Part shown: piece after piece, positions 50,353 to 63,413 of the stretch | Position numbering within the stretch: position 1 is the first letter of the stretch | How the letters are laid out: every line of letters starts with the position of its first letter | Assembly: GCA_907165135.1 (NCBI GenBank) | Contig: OU015569.1 | Span: 8,432,001-8,496,000 of the forward strand | DNA length: 64,000 nt | Direction of reading: 5' to 3' | Origin: Oikopleura dioica | Lineage: Eukaryota; Animalia; Chordata | Position numbers and translations under genes: made by a program | Notes under the pieces: model-generated | Databases searched by the model: none | Seen by the model: only the letters and a program-made list of their open reading frames with translations | What the model was told of the DNA's origin: nothing

Positions 50353-53300
50353 TTATAATCGAGCCCATAACAATAAATAGGGGGTGCGTCTGCTGTCGGC
50401 ATGGAGGACTTCGCTCAGCTTTATTTCAGACACACGGTTATCGTCGATCCGGTACCATTTGGTGCCACGCTTCACCTCTGCCGTGTAGTGGCCGCCCTCA
50501 GCTGAAATACCGTGGTGAAGAACCATCCCGCGTAGTTCATAATCGACGCCACCGCGCGTTTGCTCCTTAACAATGTCAACTATTTATTAAATCGCAGGAT
50601 AATTACCCTTAGCACAGGCGACTGGAGGTAAGGCTCGATTGTGATGCGCTCTCGAACGGTGACCTTACGGTCAATTTTCTTGATCTCGAGAGTTCGGGGA
50701 TTGAATTGAAATCGTTTCATATGAAGAATAAGGAAAGGTGGAAGAGAGGCGAGACTAACTTTGCGCGTTGCCTTAAATATTTCTTACGAGCTTCGGAAAA
50801 GTGTAGATGACCTACCGTTACAGACTGGCCACTTTTTAGTCGGTACTCATCGAGAGTTTCTTCTTTTGGCGTCAGGCGAAGGCACTCTTCGATAGATATT
50901 GCTATAAAAAGAGGTAAGCAATGCTCAGAGTGGAAAAAAATACCTTTTTCGCTACCAGGCACTGGTGGGGGAGGAACTTCAACCTTCAGGGTGAAAAAGG
51001 GTTCTTCTGTGGGTGGTGGGGATTGATGAGGGGGAGGCAGTTTTATAGATGATTGAGAAATCCCACGGAAACCAACAGAAATAGGTGACTCGTCGAAAGC
51101 AGATCCCGTTGCTGAAGTTGCAACAGCAAAGGCTAGAAGGAACGTCAAAGTCAATTCAAATATCGATTGAGAACCTCTAGAACGGCCCGAAATTTGCCAG
51201 CCTTCTCCAGCGGAAGTGACAGTTTGATTCGCTTTTGTGTTGATTCCAGCGGCTTTCTTGAGCGCAACAATTTCATCGTGCATTGCATTAAGAAGAAGAC
51301 TAAGACCTTCCTCGGCATCTTGCTGACCAACAGAGATGGTCGGGTTTAGAGTGGAGATATGGCCGTAGACATCTTTGGCTTCGTAAGCCATTCCACCCTT
51401 CAATTAATGTTATATCTGTGTAACAATCGAATGAATTACCTTGTTGACAACGATCTGGTCAAAAACTTCAGCGAGCTTCGAGCAAGTGGGAAGTAGCCGC
51501 TTGATCTCGGCGCCAATTCGTGCAATCTCCTTCGTATTTTGATGGTCCCCGTTGTTGTTTGAAGTGTATTTGAGCAACTTGCACAGTAAATGATACAGCG
51601 GGTCGCAAACCAAAGCGGTTTGAAGGATAGAGTTCACCCAGCATGAATTTGCCTGGTTGATTAATCCTCGGGGTACACCTTAGTTTATACTTTATTCAGG
51701 AAATTTCACAGGAAAAGTACCTGAGGAATCAATCTCGTTATTTGGCATGTCCAAAATAGATGAAATCTGAAGAGCAGCTTGGTCTACATTAGACTTTATC
51801 GGTGTCTTTTCAGTATCGCCGTTAGCTTGATCTTTGCTAGCCTTAAGCTTTTCATTCTGTTTGGTCTGCTTGGGTCCCTTCGAGGCAACAGACGCCCAGC
51901 TGAATGCTTGCTTTGGGGGTGTGGCTTCTACTGGTTTCGGGCTCGGCCGCGGACCAGAGCTTGCTCCACGTGGATCCGCCTGAGGAAGAGCAGGTCTTCG
52001 CTTTTGATTTTCGTCCTGAATTTAAAAGTTATCCATATTATAATAAACTAATAATTTTTACCTTTGAAGCGGCTGAAATAACAACCGGAGAAATTGTAAG
52101 CGCTCTCGATGGCCTAGAGACTTCCGTCTTCTGCTGGGTCGATACTTGAGCGGGTTGACTCTCCCGGGCACCCGCTGGTTCATTAACCTGTTTGGGCGTT
52201 CTGGGGGCATTTTCTTTTTTCACAACTGGAGATGTTTTTTCTTTTTGAGATGCGTTGATGGAGTTGTTGATATCATTTTGAACTTTTTTCTCTTCACAAT
52301 TATTATTATTAGTTAAGGTCGCTTCTTGGGAGGGTGATTTTACTTCATTTTTTGTAACTTTTTGAACATTGATTGTGGATTTTGGCACGTTCGGCATCTT
52401 CGTTTTATATTCGTATTTATATTCGCTATTTACAGGTCCATCAAAGGTAACCGTTACGTTCTTTTCGTTCCGCGGTCGTTCTCCTTCATCGTTCAAATGA
52501 TCGTTCGGCTGGAAGCTCAGTTTTTGGATACCCTTCAACACATTATCATGATCGTATTCGCCGTCGCTCTCGCTGTCTTCCTGCAAAAATCTAAGCATTT
52601 CTACAGAAGGCTCCATTTCCCACTTGATCGGATCAGATAATTCGTACACTATCTCTTCTTTCTTAATCATGGCAGCTTCAATGTTCTGGTAATCGCTGGA
52701 TTCTTCTTCTACTGTCTTTACTTCTTCTACTTTATCTGTCTCGACTTCATCTTCTATAATTTGAGGTTCGATATTCTCTGGCTCAGCGACCTCAATATTC
52801 TCAACGAGGGGAATTTCTTCTGCGACAAGCACATGACTTTCGGTCTCTGTTGTCGTCAGCTGCTCAGAGGTGACTGAGTTGGGGTCGGCCACCTGACCGA
52901 ATGTCAGGTCCGGATAAGCATCATTCGAAGGAGTTGTCACTAAACAAGAATTCCAGCTCCAGCTTTTTAAATTAACCGGGGATGAATTCAAATGAGATAT
53001 ATTTGACCGTTCTTCAAGAAGGATTTTCAACTTATATCTATTGATATTTTACTATAACTTTGCATAAGCACATAATTCAAGGGTCAATCAATCCCTGACA
53101 AGTACATTAGGCAGGCGAATTTTCTGCTTCGTTATTCTCTGCATTTCCTTTCATTGAAAAAAAAGTTCTACTTGACCTTTGTCCTCGCTGGATCACTCAC
53201 TTGTGCAATGATGTAATATTTCAATGGAATTACAAAATGGATTTTTAGTATTCGCGAAGTTACCTGGTGGATCAGTCGATACTTCTACATTTTCTACTGG

Positions 53301-54303
53301 TGCTTGTTGATCGACATTTGCATCCGTCGGCGCCGGCTGTTGGATGTGAATAACAGGCGTTGGCATCACGGTTCCGTTTTCCGAGGGCAACATTTGCTGA
53401 TGAACCATCTGACTCTGATCAACATGCGTGTAGTATGTTTGCGGATATTGCGCTGGATAATAAACTGGCTGAGATACTTGTGCCTGAAAATGCACCGCTT
53501 GTTGTGGATACATTTGCTGAATGTGTCGTTAATAAACTATTTTCTATTGACGCGCCTACCACTTGGCCCATTTGAGTATACAAATGAGGATCTGTCTGTA
53601 TATATGCCGGATGTTGGTATGTCGGCTGATACATTATTTGTTGATTAGGATCAGCGTAGCCTTGATTCTGGATGTACAGAGGGTGTTGATTGTATTGAGG
53701 CTGACCAGCAGCCATGGTGCTAGCAGTCGTGACGGGCGAACCGTAATCATATTGGACATGGGGCATCGTTTGTGGAATCGCATAACCGTTCGGTTGCATG
53801 CTTAAATTTAAATCATACATGGGAAAAATGCAACACAAACATACCCTTGGACAACCGTGGCCTTTTCTACGTCTCCGTTTGGCTCATTTATACCGTTTGA
53901 GGCGACAGAAATATTGTTTCCGCGAACATGCTGTGGGGGAATATGGCTTTGGATGGGTGCGTAGGAAGTGCCTGTAGCCAACTGATTAGAGAACTGAGGA
54001 TAATGTGGCTGATGAAATGGCGGTGTATATTGGTTTGCGTGTTGGACTTGATTATTGAACTGGGCATTTTGGTCGAAATACGTGTTCTGAAATGATAAAT
54101 GAGAACAAACGTTAAGTTGGCTAGATTACCTGATTGAAATTGTTTCTTTGTGCACCCCGGCTCTTCTTCCTGTAATCTCCTCGGAAGTTCTGTCCACGAT
54201 GTGCTTTAGAATCTCCCGGCCTGAAGAGAAGCATAAACAGGATTCATGAACTAATGAATTACCGCTGCGAAAGATTCGCGCTGACCCGTGGATTTTCTGA
54301 CAT
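50353..54303 (-). CDS. USP10: Ubiquitin carboxyl-terminal hydrolase 10-like
   Basis: Cys box RGLINQANSCWVNSILQTALVCDPLYHLL, GQQDAEE, His box VLHHGISAEGGHY...WYRIDD; long Q/P/Y-rich N-terminus. Confidence 0.85.
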
Positions 54304-54421
54304 TTGGAATGAATCAAACTCGTCACCGACGCCCTATTTTCGTTGTCCCATTTTATTACATAAACAACATCTGAAAGTACGATTTCAATTAGAAAATAAG
54401 GAATTGACAGATAGTGTTTAT

Positions 54422-55197
<776 letters not shown>

Positions 55198-55528
55198 TCA
55201 TGGTAGTATTTCAGGTGTGTTGGGCAGATGTGTAGTTTTACCAACAGAAGATGTAATTCACATCTTTAAAGAGAAATAACGACAGACAGAAAGCAGACTG
55301 TCACAAACAATCAGCAAACTTTTCAACACTAGCAGTCGAACAAATTAAATTAAATAGTAATATGAATAGATGCATGGTTACAGAAAATTATGAGGAACTA
55401 AGAGAGATAATAGAGCGATTCAGTATAATAGAGCGTGAAAAGATTCATTATTGTAAAGTGCGAAACACCGTGTGACTCGTAAAAGAAGAGAATTCGACTC
55501 AGAAGTTGGGCAAGCCAGATTAATGTTC

Positions 55529-58500
55529 TTATTTGGCGTATTGGATGTGGTTAGGGTCGGCCTTGCAGCATTCAAGGAATTCCTTGACATCATCTGGACT
55601 TCCAAGCCAGATCGGAACTCGGTAGTGGATGTTCTAAATCATGAGTGAAATGGGAGGTCAACAACCAAGAAAACCTTTGGAGTGACATCCAAGATCGGTT
55701 CGTTGCCGGTGGTGGCCATTCCACCAGCTTTTTCCATGATGAATGCCATCGGGGCAGCTTCGTACAAGTATCGCAGCTAAGAAAGGAAAATTAGCAGTGA
55801 GTCATTGCACCGGTTCATCCGATACTGCGGTACTAAGAACTATAATCCCGGCTTCTCTTATTGGGGCTGAATGCGTGGCCGGCAAAAAAATTAACGCCAA
55901 AGAGCATGATTACACAAGAAAATTGTCGGAAAGTAATCAAAATTTTCTTTAACTCACTGAGTAATGTCCAAGTTAAAATTTCACAAGTCCTTTTGCTATC
56001 GTTTATATGCATTTGGTGTTCAATAACTCTTTTGGTTTTTGAGAATAACAGTGCTGATTTGAATAAGAGAATTGCCTACTTAGAAAGAAGAGAGAAAACG
56101 CTAGAAGATAACTTTATAGGAACGGGACTTTTGTTTTGCAGTTCGTTACTATTCGGAAATATCTTTGCTTCCTTAGATAGAGTTAAAATCAACGTTACAA
56201 AGCGACATATTACGAGAGATAGAAAAGTAAGTCATCATCAAGAGAAAAACTTCAATCACAAAATGCTTAGTCACGAAGAAGGCATAGTGCTTTCATATGA
56301 GGATGAAAAAGAAGACGAAGAACTTCCAGTATTTAATTCAAACATAGGAATGCTTGCCAATATTGAGCCAAACTGAAATCAAGGAGGACTCAAGTTTAAG
56401 AATATTTTATAAGCTTTTCAAAAGAACCAAATGTTCAAATTCCTGAGTACGATGAATCTGAAATCAAAGAAAACGAAGACAGTGAGCCAGAATGTCCATG
56501 GTATAAAGAAGACATTAACTTTGAACAGTTTCCTAACAAAGACGTCAAAAATAAACCTTTGATCAATTTGCGACCAGATCGATTCTTATTCGGCGTTTTT
56601 CCTTATGGTCCGAACAACCAGTTACGAGGGTTCCGCGACACTATTACATTGGCCATAAAAACGAACCGAACGATCGTTCTACCTTATTTTTTCATTCATC
56701 GATCGGAGAAAGCAAGTTCTGTGGCAAATCATGGCTTCCATGAAATAGAAAATGAAGGAATGGTGCCCGCATATAGGAAGGTAGATGTCTTCAAGGCTGG
56801 GTTTTAGATAACAGTAAAAAAGATTTATTTTACTTAATAATTGAACCCCAATAAAAGCTTCAAAAACTCATCCCAGTGGTCAGCTTCGACAAATTTAAAG
56901 AAGTGTGCAAAGAGAAGCTAAATGCAGTGTTTGTAGCAAGAAGGCGAAGTATCAAAGAGAACCGTCAAATGTCGAGAATAAAAACAATCGAAAAGGTGGA
57001 AAATCTCACTCTTGTTAAAGAAAACTTCAAAACTGGAGAGAACCCATTCTACGCGCCAATATATTTTAATGAAACCTGGTCAGACCCTCGAGGTTTCATT
57101 AATATGCCATTCATGGCGAAAAAGGCACCAGATGTATACTACGGCGGGAGAAATGCTCCATGCGCAATGTGGTTCAACCCTTACCGTTCAATTGACTTGG
57201 TTGGGAAACTGAAATACTGGTCAAAACATCGACGGAATCGAGCAAGTAATGTTCACTCCGCTACCAGCGAACAACTTCTGACAGATGACGCAACACTCGC
57301 CGCAAAAGTACTCGAGAGCACTCCTCGACCAGGTGCTATCCGTGAAGTTACGGCGGAATTTACGAACAAAATAATAGGAGTGAGTATCTGAATAAACTTA
57401 AAAAAAACGGCACAAGGTTATGCCGAGAAAGCGAATACGGTCATGCAATCATCATTTAGGGGTCAGATTACGTAGCCCTGCACTGGAGATATGACAAAGC
57501 CGACTGGTTCAAGCACTGCGAGAAAAGCAAGTTCAAAAACAAGCAACTAGAGTTCGACAAGTGCAAGGAACTTGATGAGGTAGCTACGGGAACTCTGATG
57601 GGACGATTTGACCAGTTTCTCGCAAACCTGACGGATCATCATATATGGAACTCGAATACTCTTTATATTGCCTCGCCAATAACTCAATTAAAAATCATTC
57701 TTCACATGAAGCGCGCACTTGTGGACAGATTCCACCGCCGGGTTTTTACAACAGTGGACTTTCTTAAGTTCCTCAGAGAAAAATACAGGTAAGAATTTTT
57801 TTAGGCATTTAACTTTAGTTATTAGCGGATGCGCGCCAAAAACACTGGATAACGATTTGCATGACGTTCTTTCTCTTTCGGAAATGGAATTGTGCTCTCA
57901 ATCGAAAGGTTTGATTTCTTTAGAGATTCAATAATCAAAATAATTTCAAGTATTTGTACGCTCAGGAGGATCTAGCTGGAGTTACAATATCGAACAAGAA
58001 AGGCTAGCGAAACTATCCTCCTATAACGACACAACAAACACTTTCTTAATTTCGGGTGATGAGAGTGACATTGATACATTCGATTAAATTCTAGTTACGA
58101 AAAATGCAAAATAAACTTCAATCTTGACACTATATAACAACCTTTCCGTTGGGCGTCTTTTTGTGTGCTGGGTAGCCGAATATGCCGCCATAGACAAGTG
58201 TTCGATGAACATCAGCTACCATAGAGCCAATGTATCTTGCACCGTAAGGAGATCCAGTTGCGGGATCCTTTTTATTTTGAATGTATTGCTTGGTCGCGTC
58301 GTCCCAGTACTTAGCGTATCCCTCGTTGATACTGAAGATTTTTCCACGTGGCTTTTTGGAACTCAGAATTTCGATTTATGGCTAGATATATTATGTACAG
58401 TGCAAATGAGCGCGTGATAAGTTACTCTTATGAGTTCAGACCGTAGCTTGATGGACATTGCGGCTTCAGTAAGAATGAACTCACCAATATTTGGGTCAAG

Positions 58501-59305
58501 CATAAACATGGATGGAGCTTCCCCGAATGAGTTGACGATAACAGTTGCGGATCCGTAGAGAGCGTATCCAGCTGCGATCATTTTTCGACCAGGAACCAAG
58601 ACATCGTTGATAGAACCGTCGGTTTCCTAGAGAGATAATTTGGTTGTTGGACTCTAATTCGTGAGCCTGGGACGAAAACGCGGACACACAACGCAACGAG
58701 AACAAGTTCATTTGGGTGGGGAGAACTGCCAGTAAGCTGGGTAACCATGCGGACCGAGAAGATCCCACCTGTGACCAGTGATTGCTCTCGTTAGTTCGGT
58801 CGCATATGATAAGAATGCAAGTTATGGTGAGTAGCTGGAGTACCTTTTTGTAAATTCCCCAAATTGTTCCGATTGATACCAGACAGTCGATATTCGAAGA
58901 ACCATCTAGGGGGTCGAAGGTGACTATGTATTTGCCAGCGCGATCAGCTTCGATTGTAACTGCATCTTCGTCTTCCTCGGAAATCAAGGTACAGCAAGAA
59001 AACGATGATTTGAGCATGTTCATGACCAAGTCATTGGACAAAACATCCAGTTTTTTCTAAATTGCCGTCGTTAACATCCATTCACGCAAGAAAAGGAGTA
59101 CCTGATCGTCACCAGTGGCGTTCTCCTGGCCAGCTAAGCCCATAAGATTGTTGAGACCAGCCACACGGACAGCACTGGAAATGGCTTTGATAGCAGCAAC
59201 TAACGAGTTCATGAGCTGCGTGAATTCGCCCGTAGCATTGGACTTCCGCTGCTGCTCGGTGATGTACCGAGAAATGGTCATCATATTCGTATCCATGGCC
59301 ACCAT
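55529..59305 (-). CDS. FBP1: Fructose-1,6-bisphosphatase class 1
   Basis: [76 protein letters not shown]; a 2365-nt intron spans 55777-58141. Confidence 0.95.
55906..58087 (+). CDS. Type II membrane O-fucosyltransferase-like (O-FucT fold) protein nested in an FBP1 intron
   Basis: N-terminal TM ([18 protein letters not shown]), [43 protein letters not shown]...F.RS.GSSWS motifs. Confidence 0.75.
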
Positions 59306-59345
59306 GACTTCTAAATAAAGTTACAAATTAGGCCGTATTGGTCTT

Positions 59346-62300
59346 TCACTGCTCGACACAAGTCTTTCTGTGCTTCAAAATCTGGATAGGAGTAAAGTAG
59401 AAAATTTGTGAACAGTTATCGCAATGAAACTGGGACGAGCCCTTTTTGTGTTCTTCCTCTCCTGCCTTCAATTTCTCTTCCATCGCCGCAACTTGAGCTT
59501 GTTCTTGCTCACGTTGCTTCTCTTCGCACTCCTAAATTCAAAACTAGAGAAAGCAATCATCGAAAAAGTAAGTACCTTTCTATGCAAAGTCCGCTCCTGA
59601 AAGGTAAGAGGCAGATGGAGTTCACAAATGTCGCAAGTCCAGAACGTTCGAAGAGAGGAGATGTAAATGTCATCTTGGCCATCTTCAGAAAGCGAGAGCG
59701 AGTTAAAAGTCAGGTACGACGACAACATGATTCCTCCTTTCTCTGGGTGCGGCTGAGCATCCGACAGGTCCACGCCGAACTCGTCGCCCATCGTATTATT
59801 TTCTCCTGGGCCTACATGTAGTTCTGTCCGCTCCGCCGGTCCGAGCTTTCTCACAGAGTATCGCACACGTTTATTAACGAAGGATAGCATTTTTTTCTCC
59901 AGTGCTCCCTAAAACATACTTTCAAGGTTAAAATATAAATAATAGCTAGTTTTAGTGTCAAAATGGTATTCTTTAATTCTATGCAACCTTTTTTTTTATT
60001 AAAAACTTAGATTACCTTTTCTGAAACATCTCTTTCGACGAGTCTGGCGATTAGGACGGATTCTATCTCTTTTCTGATGGAAATAGTGTCCTCAATGATA
60101 TCCCATCCTGCACCTTCCTTAAAACAACGATTTTAGCTTGGGGGCGCGACATGAACCTAGCGCCAACCTGATGAATGCGGAACTCGAGCCATCGATCTGC
60201 GACGATTGTCTGGCAACTACCGGACGTGTCTAACTCGGAAGAGTACAGTAGCACCGAGTGTAATGCCGGAACTCTGATGGGCATCATAAGGTAAGGCTTA
60301 CGCGGAGTGCAAAACTCATTGTTTAGCGCAGTTGTTGATTTCGCTCTAAAAGTGTTTGCACCCGAGCTTAGATGTTTCCAGTAAGCTGTGAAAAGCGAGA
60401 AGTTGGTGGCGATGAGAAACCAGACGTTTTTTCTCTGGCTGGAGAGGATCAGGTTCCTCTTTGCCATTAGGCTCGAGCGACTTCGGATTGTTAGCGAAGT
60501 AACCAGTGGGATGGAGAGTTAGGAAATTTTTATCCTATTTTTATGTTATCAGTTGCATGATGCAAAGAATGAACAATATGACTGACTGAACGAACTTACT
60601 CTGGTGTGAAATAATTGCTCTTGTTCAGCAGAATAAGTGTTGTTTTTGTCCTGAATGGCAACTTGAGGGTAGAGTCCAGCGCAGATGAGAATTTGTAGCA
60701 TTTGCAGGTCTTTTTGTGTTAGGTGGGCAGCAGAGTGGTCATTTATTCTCGAAACGTCGTGTTTCATTCGGAACTCCAAGTCCGTAATGTCAATTTTAGC
60801 CGCTTCTTCGGCCTCAAGTTCGTCCTCATCCGGGAGCGCCATTTCAAGCCGTGTTCCATCATTGTATTTTAGCCTTTTTTGCTTCTTCTGCTCCTCGTTC
60901 GCTGATCGCTTCAGAGCTTTTAACATCTTCATTTGTCCATGGCGCAGTTTTCTCTCTTTCGAGTCCATGGCGTCCAACTCCGCTATACGTGCAGTTTCAT
61001 TATTAAGAAGAGCGTGTCCGCTCAGAATCTGCTTGAATTGCTTTCGTAAATTGGCTATTTCGTATAAGCGTTGCTCTTCGATTCCTCGTCTTTGACACCA
61101 CTTTTTCGTCGAGTATTTTTTGTCGTTCTTAATTTCTATCCAGCTGTCAAAAATGTAAAGTAATTGCATTGGGTCACCGATATCAGACTCGAGCTCTTTG
61201 AGACGCGCTACAGCGTCTTCATTGCCAAAAGCGTGTCGCGTCAGGGGATTTTGAACGCTAAGACAAGCGGCTATCGTGAGAATAGGTTCAATCAAGTCAA
61301 ACAACGTTCCCATGATCAACATCTTGCCAATTACTACGTCTACTGGAAGCTGAGCTAAGCATTCCCCAAGAGCGGTGAGTTTTTCTTCGCTATCAAGTGC
61401 AAGATGTCCTTTTAGCATTTTGAATGAAATTTCTAAATTCTCTTCCGGGGTTTTTCAATAAAATTGAACGTTCGTGGATCTCCGATCTTCATCTGCTTCA
61501 TTTGTAGAATCAGCTGGTCGAGTGGTACTCTCTGTATTTCTGGCGAAGAATAGTCACTAAGAGAGTCGAAGTCGTCTTCTGAATAGAGGCGGAAGCAAAC
61601 TCCGGGGCCAGTTCTACCAGCTCGACCTTTTCGCTGCTCCGCGCTCGCCTTCGAGACCCAGTACTCTCTGAGTTTGCGCATTCTAGTCTCAGCTTCAAAG
61701 CTCATTTCCTTCATTTTACCAGTATCGATGACGAAGCGAATGCCGTCAATGGTGACGGAAGTTTCTGCGATATTTGTCGAGAGAATACATTTACGGCAAC
61801 CCTCAGGTGGCAAATCGAAAACTTTGTCCTGCTCTGCTACAGATAACGAGGAATGAAGTGCCAAAATGATCCACTTTTTAGACTCCTCTGCATAGTTTTG
61901 GAGTGGTTCTAAGACAGTTTGGATTTCTGACATTCCGGAAAGAAAAACAAGTAAATCGCCTCGATCTGATGATTTATATTTTGAATCTATGAGTTGAAGA
62001 GTACGCAGGATAGGCATTGGATTAATTCGTTTGTTGGTCGAGTTCTCCTTCGAAAACTGATTCTCGTTACCCGGCGGCCGGAATTGAAGAGTGATCGGAA
62101 ACAGTCGACCAGGGACCTGGATAATAGGACATCCTTTAGTTTAGTCGGCGAAATAAAATTAACAACTTACCTTCAAAGTATTTGCTGAAGAGCTCAATAT
62201 TGATCGTAGCCGACATCAGAACCAGCCGCAAATCATCCCGTTTCATTATCACTTCAGCAAGAAGACCGAGTAACAAGTCGGATTGCAAATGCCGCTCGTG

Positions 62301-63044
62301 CACCTCGTCGAGCACGATGACATCATATTCCTTGAGCAAAGTATCCATTTGCATCTGGCGCAAGAGAAGGCCCTCTGTTAAGAAGATAATGCGCGTTGCC
62401 TTCGTGGACGTTCCATCAAATCTAACTTTGTATCCAACGTGGCTGCCATACATATTGAGCGTTTCATAACCAACCCGTTTAGCAAGCGCTATCGAGGCGA
62501 TTCGTCTTGGCTGGGTCACCGCTATCTTCCGGAAGCCGTGATTGAGTAGGTACTGCGGTACCTGAGTACTCTTTCCGCAACCAGTGTCGCCAGCAACGAT
62601 AGTCACTCTCGATTGCGCCACCGCTTCACAGATTTCTTCTTCGTAAGTCTTCATGGGAAGCTCTTTCTGTCGCTTGCGTAGCTGCTGCAACTTTGAGAAG
62701 GACTGATTTTGATTGAATTGAAGAAACACTTCTAGTGCGTTGCGGACAACATCAACACGATCTTTTCGTGCTTTTCCATTTGCGTCAAAAACTTCTTGCA
62801 CTTCGTTATCGTATATTATAGGGTTCTTGTGACGCGGATGATACTCGGGGAGATTAAGGCGTCCACTTTTTGAGTTCGAAGGTGGAGGCAGCTTGGCTGT
62901 CGCGCTTATGTAACGATCAAAGAACAGCCAGAAATCTTCCCAGAGCTTGTCCCTAACTCGAAAAATTGGCCACTGCTTACCACCATCTGAGAACAGAATA
63001 CGATCCGCCTCGCGTTTAATTTCTCGAATTCGCCCTTTATCCAT
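59346..63044 (-). CDS. DHX34: DEAH-box RNA helicase DHX34
   Basis: [44 protein letters not shown] and DHX34-specific ends ([23 protein letters not shown]). Apparent 1-nt frameshift near 61447-61455. Confidence 0.93.
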
Positions 63045-63413
63045 TTATTAGTACCATCTCAAACTGAATTCAATGGTTTTGCGTAAACAAGATATATTAA
63101 TGACCTTATTTCGTTGTCATCACCGATAGACGGAAAACGTATGAAAACTACGATTGATAACAGATTCATAACAAGTTATCGCGCGTTCGTTTCGAACGAG
63201 TAAGCATAATTTTCAAATTGAGGAAGGGGCCATCAAGTCACTCGTGAAAAAATACAAACATGAAAACATAGAGATGAAATTTGAACACTTTGAATAATAT
63301 GGAAGCCATAAAGAGCAGTTGAATAGATTTGAAGAAAGCTGGAAAATAGGTACGAAAGAATTGAAGACATTTGTTTGTTCGGAAAAACGGGGGAGTGAAG
63401 GAAAGGAGCAAAT

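Noticed and set aside
58627-58843. HDV-like ribozyme or U2 snRNA identity for the structured FBP1 intron
   Set aside because: The segment between P2-like and P1'-like arms does not fit the P3/L3 geometry. U2 resemblance is limited to CTTCTCGG with no branch-recognition or Sm site.
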